Source of the DNA: Aureliella sp.
GTDB taxonomy: Bacteria; Planctomycetota; Planctomycetia; Pirellulales; Pirellulaceae
Assembly: GCA_963691875.1 (NCBI GenBank)
Contig: OY829846.1
Location: forward strand, 4,544,001 to 4,608,000
Direction: 5' to 3'
Length of the DNA stretch: 64,000 bases
The position numbers were made by a program, and so were the translations under genes. Below are positions 40,166-49,749 of the stretch, piece after piece. The notes below the pieces were generated by a model. It ran no database searches. It saw only the letters and a program-made list of their open reading frames with translations, and was not told the origin of the DNA. The first letter of the stretch is position 1. Each line of letters opens with the position of its first letter.

Positions 40166-41587
40166 ATGAGCCAATTGCTAAGGTTTGATCCTTCAGCCGC
40201 CTTCATTCCTGATACTGGTTTGGACCCCTCGGATATCGCTAGCTTGGGAGCTCAGCTCGAGAGGGTTCGTGACGAAGTCTGCGACATCGACGTCAAGATG
40301 CTGGCCGGCGAGATCGCAACGCCCGACGCGAAGCAGCCGCTCGATGCAGGTTTCTATCTGCTGCCTGAAAAGCTATTGGCCGATTACGAAGCGGACCGAA
40401 CTGGTAGCGAACTGGCTCGCATTCTGGCTTCAACAAAGAAGATGATGTCCGAAGTTGACCGAGTGGTCGTGCTCGGCATCGGCGGATCTTACATGGGTGC
40501 TCGAGCTTTGATGGATTCCTGCTGCCAGCCATATTTCAATGAGTTAAGCCGGGGTGAGCGAGGCAGCCGACCGAGAATCTACTTCGAAGGCAATAACGTC
40601 GACAACGACGCTTCCCAAGGCTTGATGCACTTGTTAGGCGCCGACAAAGGTGAAGCAGCTACCTGCGTTGATGATAGCTGGGGATTAGTCGTCATCAGCA
40701 AGAGTGGCGGTACTCTGGAAACGGCTTCCGCTTTCCGTCTGTACCTTGCCGCACTCGAAAAGAACTGTGGTGGGGATGCAGAGAAAGTTGCAAGTCGCAT
40801 CATTCCCGTGACGGGAGCGAGCGGGAAATTGCATAGCTTTGCGACAGAGCTGGGCTGCGGCGATGTTTTCCCAGTGCCAGACGGCGTGGGTGGTCGCTTC
40901 TCAGTTCTATCTGCTGTCGGCATCGTACCAGCAGCTTTGATGGGCATCAACGTGATGAAGTTGCTCGAAGGTGCCAAGGCGATGAACGAGCATTTTCGGG
41001 CGGCGAAGGCTGCGGACAATATCGTACTGCAGTACACAGGTGTAAATCACCTGATGGAAATCAAGCATGGCGCGAACATTCGCTTGCTAAGCATGTGGAG
41101 CAAGGCGCTGGAGTCAGCTGGCATGTGGTACGATCAGCTGCTCGCAGAAAGTCTCGGAAAAGAGCAAAAGGGAGCGATGCCACTAACCACGGTCAACACC
41201 CGCGATCTGCACTCGCGGCACCAGCAGCATCAGGAAGGTCGCCGTGATAAGATCGTGAACAATGTGATCGTTGAGAAGTATCGCTTCGATGCCCTGGCGA
41301 TCGGCAAGCGGGCTAGTGATCCTGATCAGCTGAACGATATTGCTGACAAGACATTGCCAGACGTGATGCAGGCCGCGATTCAGGGTACGAATCAAGCTTT
41401 GCGCGACGATGGGCGCCCAAGTACGAACTTGTTCATGCCTCAAGTAGATGAGTATTACTTGGGCCAATATTTCCAGATGTTGATGCTGGCCACAGTTGTC
41501 GAAGGGCGATTGATGGGTATCAATCCTTATGGTCAGCCTGGGGTGGAAGGCTACAAGATCAACATGAACCGCTTGCTCGGTCGTTAG
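40166..41587 (+). CDS. pgi: Glucose-6-phosphate isomerase
   Basis: GIGGSYMG, ISKSGGTLET, VGGRFSVLS, QLLAESLGK, NPYGQPGVEGYK. Confidence 0.95.
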   Translation: MSQLLRFDPSAAFIPDTGLDPSDIASLGAQLERVRDEVCDIDVKMLAGEIATPDAKQPLDAGFYLLPEKLLADYEADRTGSELARILASTKKMMSEVDRVVVLGIGGSYMGARALMDSCCQPYFNELSRGERGSRPRIYFEGNNVDNDASQGLMHLLGADKGEAATCVDDSWGLVVISKSGGTLETASAFRLYLAALEKNCGGDAEKVASRIIPVTGASGKLHSFATELGCGDVFPVPDGVGGRFSVLSAVGIVPAALMGINVMKLLEGAKAMNEHFRAAKAADNIVLQYTGVNHLMEIKHGANIRLLSMWSKALESAGMWYDQLLAESLGKEQKGAMPLTTVNTRDLHSRHQQHQEGRRDKIVNNVIVEKYRFDALAIGKRASDPDQLNDIADKTLPDVMQAAIQGTNQALRDDGRPSTNLFMPQVDEYYLGQYFQMLMLATVVEGRLMGINPYGQPGVEGYKINMNRLLGR

Positions 41588-41618
41588 TCACTGCTTCGAT
41601 CGGAGGTTTGCGGTTCGA

Positions 41619-42110
41619 GTGATTCGCCAGCCCTTAAGCCAAGCAATGATGCCGAGAAGAACAAAGAAAGTACCACTGAGGGGGCCCAGGCACTTTCAGT
41701 GGAACTGGCGCGGCTGGTTTGGCTCTCAGGCTGGTTGTTCAGCCTGGATGCTGTTCGGAGCCTTGATGCTTTGGCTCAAGTCGCCTTGGCTGGGCGGCTA
41801 CTGGCTCGCGCTGTTTGTGGTGCTTAATAGCGTTGGTTTCGGGCTCTATTTTCGTCGCGATCGCATTCTGCCTTATCCGGCTTTTCAGCTCCTCTTGCTT
41901 GCCTGTGGAGTGACGAGCATTTTCTCTTGGACTTTGCTGGTCGTGATGCGGCCAGATCTTTTGCCCTTGATGCAGGCAACTGCCTTGAAGGGCTATCTGT
42001 GTTTGATGATCATTCCGGGTATCATGCTCTCTTTCCATTTCAAGGAATCTGCGCCAACGCGGATTCGAAAGCTTGGCGAGAATGACGAGGAAGCATCGGG
42101 TGAGCATTGA
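41619..42110 (+). CDS. Hypothetical four-TM membrane protein
   Basis: Four hydrophobic segments; fills the gap in a same-strand run; start uncertain. Confidence 0.6.
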   Translation: MIRQPLSQAMMPRRTKKVPLRGPRHFQWNWRGWFGSQAGCSAWMLFGALMLWLKSPWLGGYWLALFVVLNSVGFGLYFRRDRILPYPAFQLLLLACGVTSIFSWTLLVVMRPDLLPLMQATALKGYLCLMIIPGIMLSFHFKESAPTRIRKLGENDEEASGEH

Positions 42111-42786
42111 ACTGACTTGGTTGGGGCATGCATCTTGGTATTTGACGATTGGCGAACACAAAATTGTCATCGACCCTTTCTTGACAGAAAATCCTTCGGC
42201 GACAGCCAAGCCGGAGGATGTGGATGCGGATTTTGTGCTGATCACCCATGGGCATTTTGACCATGTTGCTGATGCAGCCGCCATTGCCAACCGGTGTAAC
42301 TCTCAGCTCGTCGCCATCTACGAGATTGCAACCTGGTTTGCCGAGAAGCACTCAGTCGAGAATACGATTGGCATGAATCTTGGTGGTGGCGTCGATCTAC
42401 CATTCGGTCGCCTGACGATGACCTTGGCTCATCACTCAAGTCAGCTTCCAGATGGCAGCTATGGTGGCAATCCCGCGGGATTTGTGGTTGAAGCAGATGG
42501 CAAGCGGCTTTACTTTGCCGGCGACACGGCCTTGTTCGGAGACATGAGCCTGATTGGCAATGGTGGATTGGACTTGGCAGTGCTGCCCATTGGTGACCTG
42601 TTCACTATGGGGCCAGCGGATAGCGTAGAGGCTTGCAAGTTGCTCGAGCCCAAGAAGGTGATTCCTGGTCATTACAACACTTGGCCTCCGATAGAGCAGG
42701 ACGCGGCAGCTTGGGCTCAGGTGGTGAGTGATGGCTGTGAGGCAGAACCCGTCGTAGCTGAAGTCGGTAAGTCGATCTCGCTCTAG
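42100..42786 (+). CDS. Metallo-beta-lactamase-fold hydrolase (UPF0173)
   Basis: WLGHAS, IDPFLTENP, THGHFDH, AGDT, LPIGD.FTMG, HYNTWP. Confidence 0.92.
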   Translation: MSIELTWLGHASWYLTIGEHKIVIDPFLTENPSATAKPEDVDADFVLITHGHFDHVADAAAIANRCNSQLVAIYEIATWFAEKHSVENTIGMNLGGGVDLPFGRLTMTLAHHSSQLPDGSYGGNPAGFVVEADGKRLYFAGDTALFGDMSLIGNGGLDLAVLPIGDLFTMGPADSVEACKLLEPKKVIPGHYNTWPPIEQDAAAWAQVVSDGCEAEPVVAEVGKSISL

Positions 42787-42836
42787 TCTTGAATGTAAAA
42801 AATTTGCGGTGCCGGCAGGCCAGTGCACATGAAGTT

Positions 42837-43232
42837 ATGACCGATTCCGAACAGCCATCCGATAATCCTGAGTCGCAGGCCGATCCACTCTTCCCCGAAC
42901 AATCGGCGGCGGAGCCGGACTTTGTGACTGTTGCTAAGGTGGGCGAGATTCCCGAAGGCGAAGGGCGAGCCTATCCGGTCGGCAAACGCATGGTGGCCGT
43001 CTTTTTCAGCGAAGGCAAGTACTTTGCGATCGATGACTTTTGTCCACACCAAGGTGCTTCCTTGGCCGAGGGGTACATCGATTCAGCAAGCTGCTCGGTG
43101 GCTTGTCCTTGGCATCACTGGCGATTCTCCATCGACAATGGAACTTGGCTTGATAATCCCAAGATAGCGGTCGATAAGTTCGAGGTCCGAGTAATGGGCG
43201 AGAATATCCAGGTGGCAGAGCCGAACGAATGA
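42837..43232 (+). CDS. Rieske [2Fe-2S] ferredoxin
   Basis: CPHQGASL and CPWH ligand motifs. Confidence 0.9.
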   Translation: MTDSEQPSDNPESQADPLFPEQSAAEPDFVTVAKVGEIPEGEGRAYPVGKRMVAVFFSEGKYFAIDDFCPHQGASLAEGYIDSASCSVACPWHHWRFSIDNGTWLDNPKIAVDKFEVRVMGENIQVAEPNE

Positions 43233-43432
43233 TGGGGTAGATTCGAGGGTGCTCTGGCCATGGCAAGGATGCCCATGCCACAGGGACGCCTAAAGGCTGT
43301 ACTCCACCAAAGAGCCTGGACTGCGGCAGTTTGGCCTGGGCGAAAGAGGCGATTTTGAGAGAATCTCACCTAAGCTCGTAATGAGTTCTCCTTGGTATCC
43401 GATTCGATTCTAGCTTAGAAAACTGCCTTCGA

Positions 43433-45034
43433 ATGTCTGCTGCAAAACGACCTGTTGTCTTGATCGTGCGTGATGGTTGGGGACACAACCCGAACCCGAG
43501 TTTCAATAAGCACAACGCCATCCACTTGGCAAATACCCCCATCGACGATCGACTGCTGAGGGAATATCCGCACACCCAGGTTAGCACATCCGGCGAAGAC
43601 GTTGGGCTACCCGATGGTGTCATGGGCAACAGTGAGGTCGGGCACCAAAACATTGGTGCAGGACGCATTGTGAATCAGCAATTGATGCGGATCACGCATG
43701 CGATTCGAGATGGCTCTTTCTTCGAAAATCAGACGCTAAAAAATGCAGTCGCGCACGTTGGCAAGACCGGCGGCAAGATTCACTTGCTGGGGCTGATGTC
43801 CACTGGCGGTGTACACGCCCACCTCGACCACGCTGTGGCCATTGTCGATATGCTCAAGCGAGAAGGCGTCGCCTCGGAGAAAGTTCTGGTGCATGCGATT
43901 ACGGATGGGCGTGATACGGCTCCCAAGTCAAGTTTGGATTTCGTGAAGAGTTTCGAAGCGGAGATCGCGAAGCTTGGCGTGGGGCGCATTGCGTCGATCG
44001 TTGGTCGCTTTTACGCAATGGATCGTGACTTCCGCTGGGAGCGTGTCGAACAGGCGTACAACTTGTTGGTGCGAGGCGGCAAGACTTACGCATCGGCCGA
44101 AGAAGCGATTCAGAACTACTACAATAACCCGAGCTCGGAGAACGAAACGGGCGACGAGTTTATCGTGCCGTGCAGCATCACTCCGGATGGTGACGCTTCG
44201 CAGAACTGTATCCAGTCCGGCGACACCGTCATCTTCTTCAACTACCGCGGTGATCGTCCGCGAGAAATCGCCAAGGCTTTCGTGCTCGAGGATGATGATT
44301 GGGCGGCAGTACCCAAGGGCGGTTTCGATCGCGGCACCAAGCTCGATGAATTGTACTTTGCGACCATGGCCCGATACGAGGAAACACTGGTCACCCAAGT
44401 GATCTTCGAGAAAGAAGATCGTATGGCCAACACGCTCGGCGAAGTGATCGCTGGTCATGGCATGTCGCAGCTGCGCTGTGCTGAGTCGGAGAAGCATCCG
44501 CATGTGACTTACTTCTTCAATGATTATCGCAAGGAGTGCTATGGTCGGGAGATGCAGTTGGATATTCCTTCGCCAAAGCACGTTGCGACCTACAACCAAT
44601 TGCCAGCGATGTCGGCGACTGGAGTCACCGATGCCGTAGTCAACGCGATCAATTCAGAGCTTTACGACTTCATCTTGGTCAACTACGCCAATGGCGATAT
44701 GGTTGGGCACACCGGTGTTTTGCAAGCTGCTGTGGAAGCCGTTGAGGCCGTTGACCACGGGGTGGGGCGTGTCATCGAAGCCATGATGCGGAAAGGCGGT
44801 GCCGCAATTGTGACCGCTGACCACGGTAACTGCGAACAGATGTTTGATCCTGACACCGGTGGGCCGCACACCAAGCATACTACCTACGATGTCGATCTCA
44901 TCGTGGTCGATGAGGCGCTGAGGAACGCCAAGTTGCAGGACGGCGGACGCCTGGCCGATATTGCTCCCACTTCTTTGCGTTTGCTTGGGCTGGATCAGCC
45001 GGGAGAGATGTCAGGGCAAAGTCTCATTCGGTAG
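43433..45034 (+). CDS. gpmI: 2,3-bisphosphoglycerate-independent phosphoglycerate mutase
   Basis: MGNSEVGH, DGRD, GRFYAMDRD, NGDMVGHTG, TADHGN. Confidence 0.97.
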   Translation: MSAAKRPVVLIVRDGWGHNPNPSFNKHNAIHLANTPIDDRLLREYPHTQVSTSGEDVGLPDGVMGNSEVGHQNIGAGRIVNQQLMRITHAIRDGSFFENQTLKNAVAHVGKTGGKIHLLGLMSTGGVHAHLDHAVAIVDMLKREGVASEKVLVHAITDGRDTAPKSSLDFVKSFEAEIAKLGVGRIASIVGRFYAMDRDFRWERVEQAYNLLVRGGKTYASAEEAIQNYYNNPSSENETGDEFIVPCSITPDGDASQNCIQSGDTVIFFNYRGDRPREIAKAFVLEDDDWAAVPKGGFDRGTKLDELYFATMARYEETLVTQVIFEKEDRMANTLGEVIAGHGMSQLRCAESEKHPHVTYFFNDYRKECYGREMQLDIPSPKHVATYNQLPAMSATGVTDAVVNAINSELYDFILVNYANGDMVGHTGVLQAAVEAVEAVDHGVGRVIEAMMRKGGAAIVTADHGNCEQMFDPDTGGPHTKHTTYDVDLIVVDEALRNAKLQDGGRLADIAPTSLRLLGLDQPGEMSGQSLIR

Positions 45035-45106
45035 GAGTTGGCTTGTGAAGCGGTCCTCCTCTGCGGAGCGCTGTGCTCCATGATCGAGTGATCGAGTGAT
45101 CGAATT

Positions 45107-45134
45107 CGCCCGACGCCGAAACTTTTCGGCGGGT
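45107..45134. terminator. Hairpin between convergent gpmI and aldolase genes
   Basis: CGCCGAA-actt-TTCGGCG stem. Confidence 0.45.
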
Positions 45135-45158
45135 AAAAGTATGCTTGTACGAGGAGGT

Positions 45159-46166
45159 TTAGCTTCGCAGCTGCTGCATGACTTCGCTTACGATTTGCTC
45201 GATAAAGTCGTCCGTGGAAGGGGCAGGCGTATCAGGACTGGCGGGTTTGATATCAGGCAGCCACTGGCCTAGCTCACTGAGTATCTGTGATAGTTGAGCT
45301 TGGGTGCGTTTGGCCTCTTCGATCTGCTCGGCCGAAAGTGGTTGGCGACTTTGGCCGAGATCCCAACCTCTCGCCAAGGCTCCGCGCCGGAAGCCCTCTG
45401 GAAACTCAGGTTGTCCAATCATGGCGTCAAACAACGGCAGCAGCCGATATTGAAGCTGCATTGCGCGATCCCACTGCCCGCGCTGAGTTGCCTCGTAGAT
45501 AGCTCGCGTCAATTCGGGCACTACGCCGCTGGTTGCGTTTGTACCGCCGTTGCAGCCAGCCATCAGCATCGGAGCCAGAGCTGCTTCCCAGCCTGTCAGG
45601 AAGGAAAATTCGGGGCGCTGCGGCCTTACAGCAGCGATCATTCGCATCATGTGTGGCAGATCGCCAGAGCTGTCTTTGATCCCCACGATTCTCGGGCACT
45701 CCAGGGCCAGTCGTCGAACGGTAGGAACATCGATGGGGGAGGCGAACAGGGGAATGTTGTAGAGCGTGACGTCGACCGAGACCGTATCCGCGATTTCCTT
45801 GAAATACTGGTAAACCGCCTCGGGACCGATCTTGTAGTAAAACGGTGCGACGATAGCGACTGCCGTCACACCCATGGCTCCGTAAGCTTCGCAGGCATCG
45901 ATTGTTTCTCGCACGTTTGCTTCGGCTGCACCAGCAAGAATGGGAACTCGATTTCCGACATGGTTTGTCAGGACTTCGATGACACGACGGCGTTCTGGCG
46001 CAGTAAATCGCGTGAATTCGCCGGTGGATCCATTCGGGTAGAGGCCGTGCACTCCGCGTTCGATCAGCCAGTCGACATACCCGCAGAGTTTTTCTTCGTC
46101 GATGCGGCCGCGACCGTCGACTGGAGTGATGTGCGGAGTAAAGATGCCTTCCATAGGAGTAGTCAT
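45159..46166 (-). CDS. DHDPS/NAL-family class I aldolase with C-terminal amphipathic tail
   Basis: GSTGEF, APFYY, YNIP, GIKDSSG (Schiff-base Lys); Pro-rich linker then [17 protein letters not shown]. Confidence 0.9.
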   Translation of the reverse strand: MTTPMEGIFTPHITPVDGRGRIDEEKLCGYVDWLIERGVHGLYPNGSTGEFTRFTAPERRRVIEVLTNHVGNRVPILAGAAEANVRETIDACEAYGAMGVTAVAIVAPFYYKIGPEAVYQYFKEIADTVSVDVTLYNIPLFASPIDVPTVRRLALECPRIVGIKDSSGDLPHMMRMIAAVRPQRPEFSFLTGWEAALAPMLMAGCNGGTNATSGVVPELTRAIYEATQRGQWDRAMQLQYRLLPLFDAMIGQPEFPEGFRRGALARGWDLGQSRQPLSAEQIEEAKRTQAQLSQILSELGQWLPDIKPASPDTPAPSTDDFIEQIVSEVMQQLRS

Positions 46167-46262
46167 AGCGGCGAGTTCTTGGTGTTATATCTCAGATGAT
46201 TGAAATTGCCGTTAACTTGCTGGCCGGCGGCCCATGTTTCCAGTCAGCGCCACGAGAAAAAG

Positions 46263-46622
46263 TTAGCGTCCTAGAAAGCGAATATAGCCAACTAGGCTCC
46301 GGATTTCTTCTTTGGTGAGTTTCTCTTCGAAGGCCGGCATGGCTTTGTTGAGCTTGACCGCCTCGCCGCCTTCGTGGATGACCCTAAAAATATGTTCGTC
46401 CGTGACGGAGTCTTGCCATTGGTTGTGTTTGAGATTTCGTGGACGCGCCGCAAGTGTACCAGCGATGTGCCCGTTTCCTGATCCGTCGCCATGGCAGCCT
46501 GAACAGTGCAGTCGATAAAGCTGTTCACGGGATAGCGTTTGCGGCTCTGCGGAACTGCCTTGGCAGCCAGCGGAGATTAGCAGCAAGAGGAATGCAAGCG
46601 TGGATCGTATTGGCAAATGCAT
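46263..46622 (-). CDS. Monoheme cytochrome c lipoprotein
   Basis: Lipobox SAGC, CSGCH, distal MPAF. Confidence 0.88.
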   Translation of the reverse strand: MHLPIRSTLAFLLLLISAGCQGSSAEPQTLSREQLYRLHCSGCHGDGSGNGHIAGTLAARPRNLKHNQWQDSVTDEHIFRVIHEGGEAVKLNKAMPAFEEKLTKEEIRSLVGYIRFLGR

Positions 46623-46669
46623 CACGAGTATGAAGTGTTTGTCGATACTTAAGCGTGGCTATGTTCACT

Positions 46670-46702
46670 AAAAAAGGACACTGGCCGAAACCAGTGTCCT
46701 TT
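46670..46702 (-). terminator. Intrinsic terminator after DUF1559 gene
   Basis: AAAGGACACTGG-ccgaaa-CCAGTGTCCTTT, with a T-run on the minus strand. Confidence 0.85.
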
Positions 46703-46735
46703 GATGTTTAGAAACTCTAGATTAACCCAGAGAAC

Positions 46736-47917
46736 TTAAAGTCCAAGTTCGTGTTGGAAGGCTTCGCCACCGTTGGATGTTCCCATCGCCCCCCAAACGC
46801 CGTAAGGCGAAGGGCCTTGAACGGGAACTGGAGCAGAAAGGTTGCCGGTGTCGATGTTCTCACCAACGAAGTGGATTGAGCCATCTACCATGGCAACATT
46901 AACACCACCAGTGTGGTAGCTGTTTGCCGTGTAGATACCTTCTTGCCACTCACCACGCTGATTTGCACAGGATGGCGAGTTAGGTGGAAGGATGGCTGTG
47001 AAACCGCAAATCATCGTAAACCCAGAAGCCCACGCTTCACCATGACGGAAGTGGGAGGTTGGCAGAGAATAAGTACCGTTGCCAGCATTGGTGCTGAGCA
47101 GGGTGCTGTTCGGCCCTTTTTGGTTCTTACAGATGATTGGTGCGGCGCGGAATTCACCGCGAGGCACTACCAAGTAGTGACCGTGCAATTTTCCTTGTCC
47201 GTTGTAGATTGTGATTTCCGAGAACGCCAAGGTGTTCGAGGTACCGTCAACAACTTCGGCGATCCTCTTTCCCTTACCGGTACCCTGTTGGTTACGAGCT
47301 CCAGGAGAGGCCCAAACGATGTCGAACATACCACGAGAGCGGAAGGACCCCCACTCACCATTGTGCCGTCCATCAGTGCCACGAGTCGAGTCACCAAAGT
47401 TCCAAGCGTAGTTGATTGGAGCATTAGCAGTACTCCACCCCCAACCAGTTGAACCTGGGTCGGATGGGCACAAGAACGCAGGTACTCGAGAACGATAGTG
47501 GCTATAAGGTCGCAGCGAGTGTGGACCAAATGGCCGTGCTTGGCTCATGCCGCCTTCTGGAAGTCCCGCTTGAATCAAGTTGTAAAGCGGTGCTTGCTCG
47601 ATATAAGGTAGCATTTGAAGGAAGGCACTGTGGTGGCCACGCGAGCTTTCCCACGAACCGCCCCAGTTTGCAGGCAGAACGATTGGACCGTTCATTGCAC
47701 TAGGAAACACTTTGTTCGCACTTTCGTAGTTCAATGATGCCAATCCGAGTTGTTTCAGATTGTTCGAGCATTGCATACGTCGTGCAGCTTCACGAGCGGC
47801 TTGAACCGCTGGAAGCAAAAGTCCTACGAGGATACCGATGATTGCAATCACCACCAGCAGCTCCACGAGGGTAAAAGCGTAGGATCGTTTTTTGATCCTA
47901 CTAATCAACTTAGCCAT
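46736..47917 (-). CDS. DUF1559 prepilin-type protein
   Basis: [55 protein letters not shown]. Confidence 0.95.
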   Translation of the reverse strand: MAKLISRIKKRSYAFTLVELLVVIAIIGILVGLLLPAVQAAREAARRMQCSNNLKQLGLASLNYESANKVFPSAMNGPIVLPANWGGSWESSRGHHSAFLQMLPYIEQAPLYNLIQAGLPEGGMSQARPFGPHSLRPYSHYRSRVPAFLCPSDPGSTGWGWSTANAPINYAWNFGDSTRGTDGRHNGEWGSFRSRGMFDIVWASPGARNQQGTGKGKRIAEVVDGTSNTLAFSEITIYNGQGKLHGHYLVVPRGEFRAAPIICKNQKGPNSTLLSTNAGNGTYSLPTSHFRHGEAWASGFTMICGFTAILPPNSPSCANQRGEWQEGIYTANSYHTGGVNVAMVDGSIHFVGENIDTGNLSAPVPVQGPSPYGVWGAMGTSNGGEAFQHELGL

Positions 47918-48050
47918 AAAGACACTCCCATTAGAAAAGATAGATCGACAAATGGCGCATCAGCGCCTGCACAATATCGTATTGTCCATTGGAGCTCGGA
48001 TCAACCTTCTTTGTCTTTTTGGGCGTTTTTGTTTCCCTCGGAACCCCGGC

Positions 48051-49724
48051 TCACTTTGCTTCAACGAGGGTGATTTGTTGCCCTGCTTTGCAATCCACGT
48101 GTTGCCTCCTGCCAGATGGCCAAGCGATAGTAACTTTTACTACCTCTTGGGGGGAAACGCCAAAATGGGTCGCTGATCTTCGGTCGGATTGATAACTGTG
48201 CCCGCTCCGGACTTGCTCAACTTGAGTCCGTCGGCCATTTTGATTCACAAGAATCATAGCTCCTAAAGCATCGCGATTGCTTTCTGTCCCCACCAATTGC
48301 ACCGATATGTGGGAATCCACAGGGGTTGTAGTGGAATTTTGCATCAGTGTGGCAGAGTTGCGAGCATTCAATGCTATCGCGTCAATTCTACCGTCTTGAT
48401 TTAGGTCGCCTCCGAGCAATCCTCGTGTGGAACGCTTCACTTTCGCAGCAGTTCCCCAAGTGCCTTTTAAGTCTTTCAGCTGACCGTTGGCTTGACTGAG
48501 CACTACGTTTTTGACGTCAAATCCAGTGGTTTTAGCCGCGCCGCCGCGTGCTTGTTTGTCTTCGTCGAGGTCTCCAGTCCCGACCAGGAATTCAGGTTTG
48601 CCGTCGTTGTCGAAGTCTTCTCCGATGATGCCCCAGGTTACATGGGGGAAGGTGGCCGCCGAAGCCCCCATCTGCAAGGTGCTGTCACTAAAGAAGCCAT
48701 CTTCATTTCGGTAGAGCGTCGTAAACTCTTCTGAGAACGAGGTAACAAAAAGGTCCAGCAGCCCATCTCGATCGACATCGCACAGCTCAACTCCCATCGA
48801 AGCTTGAGGTTTGCCGGAAAAGTCAAAGGCAACTCCCGCGAACAAGCCGACTTCCTCGAACACTCCGTTGCCATCGTTCTCAAATAGAAAATTTGCTTGG
48901 GTGTCGTTGGCTACAAAGACATCGATGTCTCCGTCTTGGTCGTAATCGAAAGAAACCAGTCCCATGCTTCTCCCGGCAACTTTGTTGATTCCCGATGCAT
49001 CTGTCACATCTTGAAAAGTACCATCGCCGTTGTTTTCTAGCAAGTGGTCTTTCTCCGGCTGAAAGCTCATTGGGCTGGGGTAAGCCGGCAGTCCTTTATG
49101 AAAGTGGATTTTATGCTTACTTGCATCGAACTGGATGTAATTTCCAATGTAAAGGTCTAGGTCGCCATCACTGTCTTTGTCGAAGAAACTGACGCCTCCG
49201 CCCACACGCGAACCGCGGCCCGCAGATGCTAAGTTGATCATCTCGGAGAATGTGCCATCGCCGTTATTATGAAGCAGCGAATTCACCCCATAATTACTAA
49301 CGTAAATGTCTGGGCACCCGTCATTGTCGTAGTCAGCTACAGCAACACCAAGGCTCATGTTGGAGTCGGATACACCAGACTGTTCCGTGACGTCGGTGAA
49401 GTGGAAGTCTCCATCGTTGCGAAAGAGGCGATTGCTCTTGGGCTTTTGCCTCCCTTCTTCGGAAGAGCTAGACCCTGGGATCTCAATCCTTGAGCCGTTG
49501 AGGAGGAAGACGTCCAGATCGCCGTCGCCATCGTAGTCTAGCATGGCCAGACCAGCACTCATGCTTTCGATCAAAAAGAACTGCCCGTAGTGGCCATCTG
49601 TGTGAACGAAATCAAGGTTCCTGCTGATATCGTCAAGTTGGATAGAAGGCCGATCCTGGCCGCTAGCAGACTTGAGCGGTAAGAGGCATATTGTGAGGCA
49701 TACAGCAGCAATTGGTTTTTGCAT
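48051..49724 (-). CDS. CRTAC1-family protein (FG-GAP repeats + ASPIC/UnbV)
   Basis: Signal peptide, DYDGDGDLD-type repeats, C-terminal SNRDALGA..SYQSD..HFG..WPSG. Confidence 0.9.
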   Translation of the reverse strand: MQKPIAAVCLTICLLPLKSASGQDRPSIQLDDISRNLDFVHTDGHYGQFFLIESMSAGLAMLDYDGDGDLDVFLLNGSRIEIPGSSSSEEGRQKPKSNRLFRNDGDFHFTDVTEQSGVSDSNMSLGVAVADYDNDGCPDIYVSNYGVNSLLHNNGDGTFSEMINLASAGRGSRVGGGVSFFDKDSDGDLDLYIGNYIQFDASKHKIHFHKGLPAYPSPMSFQPEKDHLLENNGDGTFQDVTDASGINKVAGRSMGLVSFDYDQDGDIDVFVANDTQANFLFENDGNGVFEEVGLFAGVAFDFSGKPQASMGVELCDVDRDGLLDLFVTSFSEEFTTLYRNEDGFFSDSTLQMGASAATFPHVTWGIIGEDFDNDGKPEFLVGTGDLDEDKQARGGAAKTTGFDVKNVVLSQANGQLKDLKGTWGTAAKVKRSTRGLLGGDLNQDGRIDAIALNARNSATLMQNSTTTPVDSHISVQLVGTESNRDALGAMILVNQNGRRTQVEQVRSGHSYQSDRRSATHFGVSPQEVVKVTIAWPSGRRQHVDCKAGQQITLVEAK

Positions 49725-49749
49725 CGGATTCCTCAATTCAAGCGTAGGT

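Noticed and set aside
42837..43232. Calling the Rieske protein nirD
   Set aside because: No nirB nearby; a generic Rieske ferredoxin call is all the sequence supports.
45081..45103. TGATCGAG near-triple tandem repeat as CRISPR or functional repeat
   Set aside because: 8-bp units with no spacers and no cas genes; a simple microsatellite.
45159..46166. Calling the aldolase dapA
   Set aside because: Family motifs do not establish lysine-pathway specificity, and the tail and context argue for another substrate.
45294..46199. 301-aa plus-strand ORF
   Set aside because: Antisense shadow of the aldolase gene.
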